Shown: positions 1 to 17,809 of the stretch, in pieces
Layout: each line of letters begins with the position of its first letter
Numbering within the stretch: the first letter of the stretch is position 1
From: the human T2T-CHM13v2.0 reference genome, Homo sapiens
Assembly: GCF_009914755.1 (NCBI RefSeq)
Contig: NC_060940.1
Length of the DNA: 64,000 nt
Reading direction: 5' to 3' (one strand)
The notes under the pieces: generated by a model
The model's database searches: none
What the model saw: the letters and a program-made list of their open reading frames with translations, nothing else
What the model was told of the DNA's origin: nothing
Made by a program: the position numbers and the translations under genes

Positions 1-1576
1 ACATCAATTCCCCGAGCCTCAGTTTCCTCATTCGTAAAACGGCACAATGCAATCCTTTGCCCGAGAGTCATTGTCACTGCCCTCAGAGCCCAGCTCCATG
101 CACCGCAGAGAGGGGCCCTGGCACTCGTGTCTGAAGTCCTGGCCGTGTGCTCCTGCAGCACTCTTGTGCTTATCACCACACGGCACGTATTTCTCCTCCC
201 ACCTGCACCCTCGTGCTGGGAACGTGCCTGAGGGCACATTTGCACCTGCACAGACACTCCTGCCAGCGAGTCTCCTGAAAGGCAGGAGGCCAGGAGAGGC
301 CGTGGGGGTGTTCCGTGTCTGGTATTAGACAGTAGCAGCTGGTGGCACGATGATAAGGCTTGGCCCATGGAGAGTCATCTTGTTCCTCTCCATGACATGC
401 ACCTGCTGGAAGGCGACTTCCCGGAATCCTCTTGGTTTATTTAGGGAACAGGGGCAAGAATCCAGCTGAAAGTGGCCGAGTTCACGTGGTCACCTGGAGT
501 GTTTCCTTTCCTCTTCCTCTAAAAACTATTTCATAGTGTAGTTTAACTTTTATACTTATCAGTTGTACGTCCACAAAGTTTAAAGAACTACCCTCCCCTT
601 CCTGCTCACCAGAGGTGAACCTTTGTTCTGATTCTCTTGGTGTTTACCCCCTGGAGGTTCCTGTGGTCTCCTGCCAGGCCTGCCCAGGCCACACCACACA
701 CCTTCCACCCCGGGTCCCTCCCGTCGTCTGCGATAAACTCGTTCGATCAGCGGCAGTTTTGCATGCTGATGGTTACACTGTAGATGTTGAAATGATCGTA
801 GTTTAGTAAATGCTATGGACAGCGGAGCCTCCTACAGCAACATGATCACGTGCCCTTTGCTGGCAAACACATCTTCCTGTGTTCCCAGTGTTTAATCTCT
901 GCCTTATTTTTCTTGATTAGTTTTCTATGTATTGATCATCTATCCCTAAACTTTGCTTGCATTGTTCAAGTCTCCTCTCAACATGGTAAACACACAGGAC
1001 ACTCTGTCCACCATCTTCCCGCGGGGGGATTGCCCCTGCCTGCCAGGCCAGGACTCCCGGGAGTCACAGGAAACAAGGCCAGAGGGGAGGAGGGCGGGGC
1101 TTGGGGACCTGGTGGCCACAACAGGGCTTGGGCAGGACCCCCTGTGGGTTCTGAGCAGGATCCCACTCAGGTTTTAATGGGGCTACTCCAGCCACTGTTG
1201 GGTTCTTCATGAATCCAGTGAGGACTCCTTTAGGAAACAAGGCTTTCCTGGTCTGGGTGGTTACAGCAGAGCTGGTGGGACAGTCTCTGACAGAATTTGC
1301 AGGAGAAACCAGTAGGACTCAATGTGGTGTGGGAGGGAAGCAGGGAGCCATAGACTGAACCCCAGGATCGAGGGTGAGATGCAAAGTGTGAGGGTGGGGG
1401 CGCTGCTGCGGGGGAGACCTGAGCTCCTCTGGGGCCACATCGGGGTCTGATGTCTCTTGGATGTCCCAGTGAGATGCCAGGTGGGCACTTAGGACCCTCC
1501 CTGTCCACATGTTCTAAACTACATTGACGTCGTCTGCCTGGTTGGTGCGGCCACTTTCACTCCCTGCGCTGGATGT

Positions 1577-1713
1577 TCTGCAGCCCTTCGTCTGCTAATG
1601 TCCATGAGTTTACCATGCTGGGTGCTCTGTGGCCCTTCGTTCTGCTAACGTCCAGGAATTCACCATGCTGGGCACTCTGCGGCCCTTCGTCTGCTAATGT
1701 CCACGAGTTTACC
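1577..1713. repeat. Tandem repeat, about 50-bp unit, about 2.7 copies
   Basis: GCCCTTCGTCTGCTAATGTCCA... recurs three times. Confidence 0.8.
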
Positions 1714-2534
1714 TGACAGCTGACTTCTCTCTGTTTTCTCTGCCCTCCCTTCCTGAAACTACCGTATTTAGCATATTGGATGCCTGCCTGAGCCCACTGA
1801 TTTTTTTATCTTTCCTCTCCTGTTTTTCATCTCTCGGTCTTTCTGTTCTATTTCTAGGAGACGTCCTTTAGCCCTTCCCTTAGGGTTTTTACTCAGGCTG
1901 TTGTATTCTGACCCCTCCAGCCCCCCTTTATGTTACTGGAACGCTCTTTCTCGGGGCATCTCGCTCTGGACTCATGGGGGCTGTCGCTTCCCTTGTCTCC
2001 CTGAGGGTATTAACAGGGGGTGGTTTTGGGGGTCTCTTCACTCTGCACAGCCTGGCTGCCTGCAGTTGTTCTGCTGGTTGTTTCAGCCCACGTCTCTCTG
2101 GCTAGAGGCTGTCCTCCAATGTCTGCTAATCCCTGACTGCTCCTGCTTCCCACCTGCCACTATGATGCTGACCAGAGCCGAGGCACAGATGGGACCCCTG
2201 CTCATAGGATGACTGGGCCATTTCTCGGAGACTGCACCCTCCCCCCACTGCCACCCTTACAGAGCCATGGCCAAGGACCACGGGAGCTGTCACCCTGTCC
2301 CAAGTCCTGTCTCTAGGTGGGTGACGCAGCCTGAGCTCTTCAACTTCCCAGGGATAGAAATTTGCGCACACACGTCCTGGGGCTGAATCCTGATGTTAGA
2401 CGCCCTCCTTACTCTTCCTACTGCCCTCGTCGGAAACACCATTCAGCCTGCTGAGTCCTGGAAGCAGACAGAATTCTGACACCAGATCAAGCCTGTCCCA
2501 GTGGCAGAGGGTTGGACTTGCTTTTTCTGCATGA

Positions 2535-3069
<535 letters not shown>

Positions 3070-3288
3070 GGTTCTGCAGATAATTTGTACTACTGTTTGC
3101 CAGTACATGTCTTTGTGTTATTAGTATTCATTTTAGGGGAAAAACCCTCAAATTTCAGCCAACTGGACTTTGTGTTTGGCTTTAAATGTTTTCCGCCACT
3201 GTCCATCCAACAGTCTCGCTTCATATTCGTATCCTGGTTCCCAAGTCCCTTCGAGGAGAGATTCTCAAATGCGGTCCGTTTAAAATCA

Positions 3289-4867
<1,579 letters not shown>

Positions 4868-7800
4868 CTGAAAAAGAAGAGGTGATATTTGAACTGGGCT
4901 TGGAAGAATGATTAGAAATTTGCCAGAAAGGGAACACGTTTAGAGATAGGAACACGAATTGTGTCTGGGGCATAGTTGTTGCTTTCCCATCCTGGGAGGA
5001 CAGACATTCGTGTTAGGGCCCAAGGCTGAGACCTTGTTGAGGAGGGGGTTCACATGGTGGACCCAGGAGCACGGGTGTTACTACCGGTGGACCCTGGGGA
5101 CCCTGCGAGCTTTGTAGCGTGAAGCCTGGCTCAGGCTGGTGTCCTCTCCGCAGGTGTTGGGGGACATAAGATGAGGCTTCCCTTGCTCTTGCTCCTTTGG
5201 CTCTGAACCATCTCCTCAAGGCAGACAGAAATGGTGGATTGAACTGTGGGCTTGGGATAGTTGTAAGTGTCACCTTTCCAGATGGCATTTTTAAAATAGT
5301 ATTTTTCTTCCTAAAATGGATATGGGTTTCAAGTGTATTTTTCCTTTTTGGTTTTTTTTATTTGAATGTACTGCTCATGAATGCAATGTGAATGTCTGTT
5401 ACTTAAAAATGTAATTTTGAAAATAACCCTCCAAACCACAGGTGTGATGCTGAAACGCATCCTGCCCCGCAGGCCGAGCACAGCTCTCCTCTGCCCCACG
5501 CTCTCATCGGGGCAGCCGACAGGAGGAAGTGCCGGCATCCACTTCAAACACAAGGTCTGGGGGGGCGGGGGGGTCAGGTGTGGTGGTGAACAGGTCAGGT
5601 GTCGTTTTATTCATGTTGAAAGCAGCCCTTCATTTGAATGCGAGTGTCATTCTCATCTAGTAATTTTTGTTGCGAGGCTCCATGGGGAGCACCCTGCTGA
5701 GCACGGCGCGGCCGTTTGTCTTCTGCCTGGCCTGTGCCGGGCCATTCGTACATTCTCACGTGAAGCCTGTGAGGCAGGTCTTGTTACTGTGCCATCTTAG
5801 CGGTGGGAAGTGAAGGGCTAGGCCAGTGAGGAAATGAGGACAAAGGCAGCAGCCGTTCAAGTCGAAGCCTGTGGTGACTAACTCTGCCATTAACCAGCGC
5901 TCCAGTTAGGAGGGAAAAGATGCATCCCGCTGCGCTGCATGTGTGTTCCCGAGAAGCCCCAGTGCCTTAGTGGTCTGATCTCAGAACCTGATGGCTAGAA
6001 CACCGAGAGGTCCTGCCTCCCTCCCCGAGGGCTGGAGAGCCACTGTTTTCAGTGGTTCCAGTACGCCTTCACCAAGGAGGCTGTCCTGGCTCAGGCACCT
6101 TTCTCAGCTTCTGACTAGAGTCCTTGCCCAGCCACGTGGTGACGCCGCTGACCTCGGGTTATCAGGGTGCTGCGTAGCAGGGGTATGAAGCTGGCTGAGG
6201 GTGGAAGCCCCTGACTGAACTGCATTTGTCTGGTGGGCAGTGTCCCTCCACACTGTGCTCCTGGTGGTGATGGGGAGCCCCACGGTAGAAGGGGTCCCAG
6301 TGGTTGAAAGGTGAGGTTCTCTCTGAGGAAGCTGGGGTGCCTCTGGACCGGGAGGTGTGCAGGAAGACCGCGCACAGCCATCTGCCCTGAGTAGGCTCTG
6401 TCTGCGTGTTCGAGGCAGGGCTCTGATCCGATGACCGTGAAGATTCAACCTCTGTGCTGAAGAGAACTGATGACTGGGCACTTCATTGTCCCAAGCCTGA
6501 GGGACTGAAAAGCTGGTTTGATGGGGCTGGTTCCGTTTTCCACATGCTTGGTGGGAGAATAAATCAGCACCTCGTTGGAGGGGACTTTGTCAGTATTTCT
6601 CAAAATTAAAGATGACCCAGCAATGTGACTTCCCGGCATCTGTGCCCTAGACACCCCGAGTGAACACAGCTGTAGGTGCCAGGACTCCCCCCTTCCCTCG
6701 GCCGACTCTGGCTAGGCCAGGCCCTTCTCACCCTCCATAGGAAGCCTCCCCACCAGGCCCCCGTCCGTTCCTCCTGCCCGTGGCCTCTCCTCATAGCGCG
6801 TGGGCTCTCTGGGAGCTGGGACCATGTCACACGGGGCCAGTCACATCTGTCACCTCCCAGGGGCTGGTGGCAGGAGTGCCCACCCACAGGCAGCGCTCTG
6901 GATTCCGCGCAGGAGAACAGCAGTTTCTTCTCAGCCTGCACTTTGAGTTTGCCCAGCCCAGCTGTGCACGTCAGCATCACCAGCTCTGCTGAGCTCTGGG
7001 TTTTGTGGGGAATCCACTCTTATTCTTCCGTGGCTTCGCCCTGCGGGGTGACTCAGGAATTTGTAGAAATGCCAAAAGGGGGGCTGTGCTCTGGTAGTGT
7101 GTGCTGTGTGTGCTCAGCGTGTGGTTAGCGTGTGCTCAGCGTGTGGTTACCGTGTGCACAGCACGAGCTTGAACTCGCTTTGTCAGAACTCGGTTCTTTG
7201 TGGTCTGCAGAAACCTTTTCTGAGCAGCAGCTTTAGTTAGAGGGAAGCCGTCATCCCCCTTTTATGTGCTTCTGTCATATTGAGAAACAGCTACACACAA
7301 TGACAGGCACCTTCTATATTGAGTGAGTGTCGCCGGCCGTCCTAGTGCTCCGCTCCTTAGCACCCCAGAAAGCACCGTCCCCTGCTCCGAGCACCCAAGG
7401 CACTCCCTGTGGCTCTCAGCAGCGGAAGTCTGGCCTCGGGGCCGTAACCCAGAGCACCCAGTGCCCAGTCGGTTTTCTGTGTGTGGATTCTCCTTGTTTC
7501 TGTGCCCTCACACCTGTAAAGCAGTGCAGGATCGGTTGGAAGTGAGGAAGGAAGCGTGGTGGGGCCGCCCTGGTTTGCTGCTTTCTGAAGCTGGCACAGC
7601 CCACGTGCCGATCTCGTGTCTTGTGTCTGGTGAAGCCCAGTTGTTTTCTTGCCATTCTCTGGGTTTCTCTATGGTAGCAGAGTCCAGGTGTGTGGGCGGA
7701 CCAGCCACTGCCCTGCCTCTGAACAGCTGTGGAGGGCTTCTAGAACATGGGTGCCTCGCGTCAGGAGATGATGTGGCCTGCAGGACTGACCGTTTGGTAG

Positions 7801-7954
7801 GATTCAGAGAAGACTCACACAGGACGTCCAAGCAGCCCGCGGAGCTGTGCTGAGGTTCAGGGCCCTGCGTGGCTCGTTTTCCTCCTGCCTGGGCCAGAGG
7901 CAGGAGATCCCTCAGCTGGCTGGGACAGGGGACTTCATTAAGAGCCCCAGGCTA

Positions 7955-8045
7955 CCTGGGAGGCGGAGCTTGCAGTGAGCCGAGATCGTGCCACTGCACT
8001 CCAGCCTGGGTGACAGAGCGAGACTCCGTCTCAAAAAAAAAACAA
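7955..8045 (+). mobile_element. Short 5'-truncated AluY-like insertion
   Basis: GGAGCTTGCAGTGAGCCGAGATC, poly-A, and a perfect TSD AAGAGCCCCAGGCTA at 7940 and 8046. Confidence 0.9.
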
Positions 8046-8549
8046 AAGAGCCCCAGGCTAGTGGGGAAACCAGACACCCAAATCAAACAAGCAAAAACCA
8101 AGGCCAGTAGTTGAGGGTCTCAAGCACAAAACATACTTTGGCTCTGACAATTTTCATTGTCATGAAGTTTGTTTTGTTAGACAACTATGAAGTGTTGTGA
8201 CGGTTTCAAACTAAGAGCAGAAAACAAAACTGTTTAGTACAAACCACAGACAATAACACAGTAGCTTTCCCCTCACAAGTTAATGAAAGAGATGTGCTGG
8301 AGAGAGAGAACCTGCTGAACATGGGCACAGATCCCACAGAGGGGGCGTGGTGTGTGGGAGGAGACTCGACAGGGTCATGGGGTCACTGCTGCCCGTTGTC
8401 GGGAGATAAGGCTCACAGCTTTATTTGATAATGTTGTCTTTAGCTTGTAAATGAACATGCTTCCCTTCCCCCATTGAGTGTTGAGTGTTGTGCCTGTGGG
8501 AAGCGTTATACACACAGCCTGGGACCTCAGCACAGATGCCCGTTGACAG

Positions 8550-8722
8550 GTGTCCCACCGGCCTTCCGGGTTCCAGCGCCAGGCCTGGTGCCTGCCCCAG
8601 GAGGATGAGCATTTGCATTGCCTGCACCTTATCGTGCCCTTCCACCTGCTGAAGCAGCTGTGCCTGCCGCTCTTGTGAACTGCGAACTTCCCCTTACCTC
8701 CTCTCTCTGGCTCGGGAGCTGG
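8550..8722 (+). other. ACSF3: ACSF3 exon 2 (5' UTR, 173 nt)
   Basis: Acceptor TTGACAG|G and strong donor TGG|GTGAGT at 8723. Length agrees with my recollection of the annotated UTR exon. Confidence 0.7.
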
Positions 8723-9457
8723 GTGAGTTTGAACTTGGCCTCCTTTGCTTTTCTGTGTGCGAACAAGTGGTTGCCTTGTTTGTTTACTGAACAGAGTGTG
8801 GTTGAGGCAAAATGCTGAGATGAAACCTAACCTAATATGTGTGTATTAGACGGTAGCATCATTGTCAAAATAATACTTGTTCAAAGTCCCTGAAAACCAA
8901 ACGGACAACTTGACTACGCTTCGGCCACAGGCCTGGGACGCTGTCAGACCGAGGGCCGCTGAGTGCCCAGTGGCAGCAGAGCCCAGAGGGTGCTTCCCCC
9001 AGGAAGGGAGGCAGACCAGCCTATTCTTACTGTGAGTCGAGCAAAGCTTTGATTATAAAGGGCCAGGGATGCAGGAGCCTCGTGGAGAGTGCCACCCCTT
9101 CTTCTCGCTCTGGAATGCGGGGGCTGTGCCCCTGGCCTGTGTCCGCATCCTGGGGCGGTGTCCCGTGGGCAGTGTCCTCTGGCTGCAGAATGCATGTTGC
9201 AGAATTGGACCAGCCCTCACGCGTCAGGAGCGTTGGGCCCACAGGCGGAGGCACCCTGGCTTCTTCTCGGTCTCCTTTCTCTGAATGAAGAATTCCAGTG
9301 GACGGCGGGCCCGCGCGACCCCTCCCAGGGAGCCCTCGCTTCCTGCTGATTTATTTGTTATTTAGTAGTTAAGTTTTTGGGGGGAAAGGAGAGAATTATA
9401 GTTCAACCTAAAACACGTTTTCTAGCTCTGTGAATTGCCTGATTTAAAGCTTGGCTT

Positions 9458-10108
9458 GGCTGGGTGCAGTGGCTCACACCTGTAATTTCAACACTTTGGG
9501 AGGCCAAGGTGAGTGGATCACCGGAGGTCAGGAGTTGGAGACCAGTCTGGTCAACATGGTGAACCCCTCGTCTCTACTAACAATACAAAAATTAGCCAGG
9601 CATGGTGGTGCGCACCTATAATCCCAGCTAGTCAGGAGGCTGAGGCAGGAGAATCACTTGAACCCAGGAGGCGGAGGTTACAGTGAGCCCAGATCACACT
9701 ACTGTACTCCAGCCTGGGTGACAGACCAAGACTGCATCTTAGATAGATAGATAGATAGACAGAGCGGGTGAGACTCCATCCCAGATAGATAATAAAGAGA
9801 GAGAGAGAAAGGAAAAAAAGGTGAGAGAGAGGAGAGAGAGAAAGAAAAGAAAAGAAGGAAAAAAGCATGGCTTACACCTGCCATAACCCCAGGACTTTGG
9901 ACCAGCCTGGGCAATACAGTGAGACCTTGTCTCTACCAAAAAAAAAAAAAAAAGCTGGGTGTGGTATCACATGCTTGTGGGCCCAGCTACTCGGGAGGCT
10001 GAGGCCACAGGATGGCATGAGCCCAGGAAGTCGAGGCTGCAGTGAGCCATGATTGCATCACTACACTCCAGCCTGGGCGACACAGCAAGACCCTGTCTCA
10101 AAAAAACG
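9458..10108 (+). mobile_element. Two tandem Alus (9458-9865 with AGAT/AG microsatellite tail; 9866-10108 older and partial)
   Basis: Alu consensus motifs and A-rich tails. Confidence 0.9.
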
Positions 10109-10553
10109 AACCTTGGCACCTCACCACATTTCCACTGCGCACCAGTGTGGGAAGGGTCTGAGAGAGGCAGCGCCGTGTCTGCCCCGGGGGCGGGGTCTCC
10201 AGGCCATGCCTGTTGTGAGCGGGGGCTGTGCTGAGCTCTTCTCTGCACTTCCCCCTCTCACGGGTGGTTTTCCAGGCTCAGGATTCTAAAACCCATTATT
10301 CAGATGTACCTTAAGTGTGTTGAATTTTATATGCTTCTCCTTGGTTTTACCTAGTTTATTTCATTGTTTAGAATTTTGTGTGGTTTGGGAATCCTTAAAC
10401 TCATGAAGTGAAATAGAAAGCTGAGATGCTGGGCACGTACGGAACGTTCCAGCAGTGTGGGTGAGAAAGGCTGGACGTGGCCTGTCTGGTGCGCTGCCTC
10501 ATGACTGAAGGTGCAGCAGGCGTACCTGGCTGGGTACTGGGGAGGTGTTTTAA

Positions 10554-11597
<1,044 letters not shown>

Positions 11598-12418
11598 TGA
11601 TGCTGAGGGGCTTTTCGGAGGCCAGCCACGTGTTAGGATGCGTGGTCAGGACCCCACATACACCCGGGTCTTACTCGTTTTTTGTGTGTCCTGTGACCTC
11701 AGTCACATCTTCACAGAACTCTCCAACCACATCACTTACCTGGCATTTGTACAGTGTCATAACGTCTCCTATGCACTTGAAGCAATCAAGTAAAAATGAA
11801 AACCAAAAGCCAGGAAGGGGAAGGCAGGAAGTGTACCCCACGGAGTCGTGGGCTGACGAGGCGCCATGAGCACACAGCAGGCTGGGCCCTGGGTGGCCTG
11901 CGCCGTCACTCCTGGAAGCGGCGCGCCTGTCGGGAGGGACGGGCTCTGGACTCCTCTGTCCTTGCTGAGGGGAGTGACACGCACATGTGCTTCTCCCTGG
12001 AGCCTGTGCAGGCAGCAGGCAGTGTCCTCCGTGAGATTGGACAGAGGATTCAGTGGGCCGTGCCTCACGCTGCTTCTCAGTAAGAGCTGAGGGTGTGCTC
12101 TGGAGCCTGGCCTGGGTTCTGTCCCGGCTGAGCAGGTGACGATAATTCACGAATCGGCAGAGCTCTGTGTGGGCAGTGCTGTCACCTGAGCCAGTGGTTG
12201 GGCTGGGAGTCGATTCCAGCCTGAATGGCGCTGGGTCCCTGAGTCCCAGGCTTGGGCAGGGGCGGAGCTCTGTCGACCTGGTGTCTGCAGAGCCACTCCC
12301 CGACCTTCTAAATTCCCTAAAGCCTCTGGCTGTGTGTGGCGCTGTCCTCTGTCCCCAGGGTAAGTGAGTGACCCAGCAGATCTGCTGTGGTTTTGTCGTC
12401 ATCTTGAGAGGCTGCTAA

Positions 12419-12868
<450 letters not shown>

Positions 12869-12877
12869 CCTGGTGTG

Positions 12878-13177
12878 CAGTCGCCCCTATCCACAGGGGA
12901 CGTGCCAATGCCGAGACCCTGGGTAGCATGGAACCCTGTACCTACGATGCTTTTTGCTATACATACGTACCTATGATAAAGCTTAATTTATAAGTTAGGC
13001 ACAGTAAGAGGTTAACAATAACAGAACAGTTATAACCATGTACTGTAATCAAGTTATGTGAAAGTGCTCTCTCTCTTCAAAATACCTTCCGGTACTGTGC
13101 TCGTCTGTTGTGAGACTGCAGTGGGCCACGCGTCATTGAAACCGTGAATAGTGAGACTGGATGAGCGGAGGTGACTG
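12878..13177 (+). mobile_element. MER44-like (Tigger/TcMar) DNA transposon fossil
   Basis: CAGT...ACTG termini followed by TA. Internal ATACATACGTACCTATGATAAAG..TAATTTATAA resembles MER44 as I recall it. Confidence 0.65.
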
Positions 13178-13179
13178 TA

Positions 13180-13620
13180 CAGGCCCTGCTGCCCGCGAGC
13201 TCCTGCGGCTGCGGCGAATGCTCACGCGCTTGGTTTAAAATAATGCGAGTTTGTTCTTACATGCTTGGAGGCCAGGATTCTGAGACGAGTCTTGCGGAGC
13301 TGATGCTGGGTGTGGTAGGGCTGCTCCGTCAGGAGGCTCCAGGGCAAAGTCCGTTCCTGCCTCTTGCAGCTCTGGAGGCCGCCTGTGCCCTTGGCTCCAG
13401 CTGCTTCACGTCCAGCTCTGCTTCTGCAGGCACACGGCCTTCTCTCCGTAGTCAGGGCTCCCTCGGCTTCCCTTTGTGCAGCCTATGCGGATATTCCAAG
13501 ATCATCTCCCATCTTGAGGTCCTTCGCTTCATCCACCTGCAGTTCCCACCACTGCGAGAGGTGACACATTCGGGGTGTAGGGCGTAGGGCGTGACCCTTT
13601 GAGCTATGATGTGGCCACTG
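13180..13620 (-). mobile_element. MLT1-like MaLR LTR remnant
   Basis: Degenerate MLT1-type motifs (GGAGGCCAG..., GGAGGCTCCAGGG, ATCTCCCATCTTGAGGTCCTT). Confidence 0.5.
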
Positions 13621-14983
13621 TGGCAGCCCTCGGTTACTCCAGAGTACTGGCCCAGCTGGAGAGCTGCTTGCTGCGGAGGGTTACTTTGGAGTATTGGCCC
13701 AGCTGAAGGGCTGCTGTGGAGTCTCTGTCTCCCCTCTCTGCATGGCTTCCTCTGTAGCGTCTCCCTTGGAGCAGGCAGGGAGGGAAGGACGCGGTGCTGG
13801 TCACACAGAGCGCTGGGGTGGGAGCAGTCATCGCCGAGCTGCTGCGCGCAGCCTTGCCTGTGCAGGGCTGTCTCCAGGCAGATCAGGGATGCTGCTTTGG
13901 AGGGAAAGGACCTGGGCTCGAGGCGGGACCCTGTGCACAGCATCGGGCCTCGCCTGTCAGTTGGGGATGGCGGTGGCTTTTAGGAGTTGCTGTGGCCCTG
14001 TGTGCATTCTAGCTGACTGCAGGCAAGAGTCACTCACCAGGCTGCAGAGGGCATGAGGGGCAGGCCTTGAGCCCACAGGAAGGACACGGTGTGCGTATGT
14101 CACAGGTGTGGTGAAGCAGAGCCCTCCGGTGAGGCCATGGACGTTTACCAGCCTCTGCCCGTATAATGAATATGCCTTTTATTCACAGGAAAAAAAGTTT
14201 AACACGTGAATGTATGGAAAAGCCCTTAGAATTTGGATCGTATCATGATGGTTCTCAGCACAGAGGAGCCCATCTCTGAGGCCAGATGCCTGGGACTGGG
14301 CTCTTGGTCTGTGCGGGGTTGTTCTGCAGGGCAGACGTCCCGGCCAGCAGAGGCACAGCCCTAAAGCCCAGAGCACAGCAGCCACCAGTGGCCGGCCCCA
14401 CACTCACCGCTCTTGCCAGGACTCTTCCTGTCTGAAGTCTTTCTGGCCCCATCGAAGGCTGTGTGGAGCTCTGAGGCCTCTGACCGGGAGCTCAGGACCC
14501 AAACCCTAGTCAGGTGTGAATTTCGCCAGGAAGGGGTCCCTGCAAGCAGTCAGCCCTGCCCACCTTCCCTCTGCTTCTCCTGCCGCTGAGAGGCCCATCC
14601 TCTTCTCTGCAGGGCATCCAGCCCCACACGGTGGCTGGAGGTGGAGAGAAGGCAGCTTTTCTGGCCCTCCACCTCTCTGACCTTCAGTCTCATCCCCGGA
14701 AAATAAGGTTGGAGGCCGGCTCACAGTGGGCACAAACTTGGAAAAGAGAAGGGGCTCTTCTCTAGCCTCCACTGGAGGCAAGGTCTCACAAGAGAAGCCA
14801 GTATGTAGAACAGCTTTGTACGAGCAAGTGAGCCTGTTTCTTCACAGATGATAACATTGGGCTTTAGAGAAAGACCTCTTTAAAATCTAGCAGTTACTAC
14901 CGTGCCAAAGAGAGGTGGCTGCCAGCACACTTGCGTGATTAGCCGTCAGCTCCCTCCACTGCTCTTCAGGACGCCTGTAGCCA

Positions 14984-15088
14984 CAGAGCCTCCCTGAGGG
15001 CCCCGTCGCCAGGGTCACCTCCTGAAGAGCCTCCCTGAGGGCCCCGTCGCCAGGGTCACCCCCTGAAGAGCCTCCCTGAGGGCCCCGT
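14984..15088. repeat. About 41-bp tandem repeat, about 2.5 copies
   Basis: AGAGCCTCCCTGAGGGCCCCGTC occurs three times. Confidence 0.85.
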
Positions 15089-16146
15089 CTCCCTAACACA
15101 TTCCACATTCTTGTTGGCTTCAGTCCTTATTTTTCACAGACATCTCAGCCCTGACCCCAGCTGCGACACAGCAGTCTGTTAAGATGGCAGACACTGCGGC
15201 TGCCTCATCTGCGTGGTCCATCCCGGAGACATCTGCCTGGCGCTCTGCTCCAGGCCTTCCTGGCTCCCCTGGTAGGGATCTGGCTCAGTGACCCGACCCT
15301 CCTTGCGGCTCTCTCTGGGGTGCGCCCTGCATGGACACAGCTGTCCTTGGTGAACGTCTGCTGAGTCAAAGTGGTTTTGCTGCAGTGAGTTCCCCGTGAG
15401 TGCACTGTGTGGGTGGTGCAGCGCCTGGTGTGTAGGGAACTTCCATGCCTTTGCTGTGTCTCTGGGGGCTCCTCTGACGGGGCAGCTCCCTCCTCTCCGC
15501 CTTAAGCTCCTCCTTTCCTTTGGCGGTCAGCTCTGTCCAGGGTGTCAGTTTCTGTGCCTGTGACTGGGCCCCCTCAACCTGCCCCACCTTGGCCTCTGCT
15601 CCTTGGCAGCCTGGCCCTGAACCTCTGTTGGGGGCTGCCCGGGCGCTGACGGTGGCTGGTCTACCATGGTCACTTGGGCAGAGGCAGCAACGGCCATTGT
15701 CGTGGACCGTGCCAGGGCGAGATGCAGCTGGCAGGGGCAGAGGCAGAACATCTCCCAGGGAGCTGAGGGCAGGTTGGTTCCATCGTCCCGGAGGGCAGGT
15801 TGGTTCCATCCTCCCAAGTAAAGAGTGTGTTACCCTCAGGGCGAGAGGCAGGTGGGTGTGGGTGCTGGCGCAGGCCAGCTGTCAAGGATCTGGGCTTTCT
15901 GGTCTTGCTGCTTCTCCAGCACTGCATGAATGACACCACCTGGCCCTTTCCAGTGCCCACAGGCACACGGCTTGGGAGCTGCTGCTGCGGCGTCTCTGCC
16001 CAGGGGCATCTGCCAGGGGGTCCCTGCCTTGGGGTCTGTGTCCCAAGGGCGTCTGCCCAGGGATTTCTGCTCCGAGAGTGTCTACCCTGGGGTCTCTGCC
16101 TGGGGATCTGCTGTCATCTTCCAGACACTGCAGACTGGCTCATTAA

Positions 16147-16550
<404 letters not shown>

Positions 16551-17324
16551 GAAAACTTAATATTTAAACAAATTTGATGCTGTGGCTACAAAGGATTGCA
16601 ACTCTTTTCCATAAACTCCAAGTTTCAGGGTTTTCCAACTTTAGGAATTTCTATGTGTAAAATCCAGCTGTCAGCGTTATTGAACTTTGGGATTTTGTCT
16701 AAGATTGTGTGGAAGAATGTGTAGGATACAAGTGTGGGGTGACCAGACACCTGCGGTGGTGCTGAACGATCTCAGACGCGGTGTCTTCAAGTCATCCTGC
16801 ACAGAGGGCCGTGGGTGTCAGTGCCTGCAGGTGACGGATGGGGTTGGGGGAGAGGAGGAGGATGCCGGAAGATGGATGTGCAGCCACAGCCTCTGGAGAT
16901 CAAAGTCACCACTGACGAGACAGCCAGAGGCTCAGATCAGTCACTCGTCTCCAACAGCACTGCCCTGGCCGACTTCCTCAGGATCGCAGCATGGACTCAG
17001 GAGGGCTGCCATCTGGCAGGGTCTGTGCTGTGGCAGCTCAGGTTAGAGCAACAGGCCTGCTCCTGCCACCTCAGAAGCACTTGCTAGTTAGTCAAATGTT
17101 ATGGCGCCCTTCAGGGGGCCTCCAGGTCTTTCACGTCTTGGAAGTGTGGCAACACATTGGGATGTGCTGGAGGAAGAAGGTCACCCTCGGCTCTCAGTGC
17201 CCTTCTTTAGGGCAGCAGCTGCCCTCTGAAGATTTGGATGAATTCCAAGAAAGACCGTCCTTCGTGTCTTTCACCTCCGCGCCTGCTCCCTGCCCCTCAG
17301 CCTTGTCCCGTTGCGTGCATGCTG

Positions 17325-17432
17325 TCCCCGCCTCAGCACCATCCTGCTACACGCATGCTCTCCCCACCTCGGCACCATCCTGCTACACGCGTGCTCTCCC
17401 CGCCTCGGCACCATCCTGCTACACGCGTGCTC
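17325..17432. repeat. 36-bp tandem repeat x3
   Basis: TCCCC(G/A)CCTC(A/G)GCACCATCCTGCTACACGC repeated. Confidence 0.85.
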
Positions 17433-17809
17433 CGTTTTCCGTGCCTCAGTGTCACGTTTGTGTTTCTGGTTCACTGTGCTGTTGATCTGTGTGTTACATC
17501 AAATGCAGTTTGTTCTTTTTACGTTGCTGTGTTGTATTTCCTGGTGTGCAGAAGCCACAGTGCGCTTATCCATTCTGCTCTTGAAGGACTTGAGATTGTT
17601 TTCAGTTTGTGGCTATTAGAAGTCACGGTTGCTATGAACATTCTCACACAGATGTCCCTGTGGACAGTTCCCTTGGATCCGCAACTCCCAGTGCCGGCTC
17701 ACAGGCTAGATGTATGTTTCATTTCAGTGGAAACTGCGGAAGAGTTCTCAAACGTGGCTGCATGTTTCACACACCCCAGCCCCAAATGTGGCTGCATGTT
17801 TCATACGCC

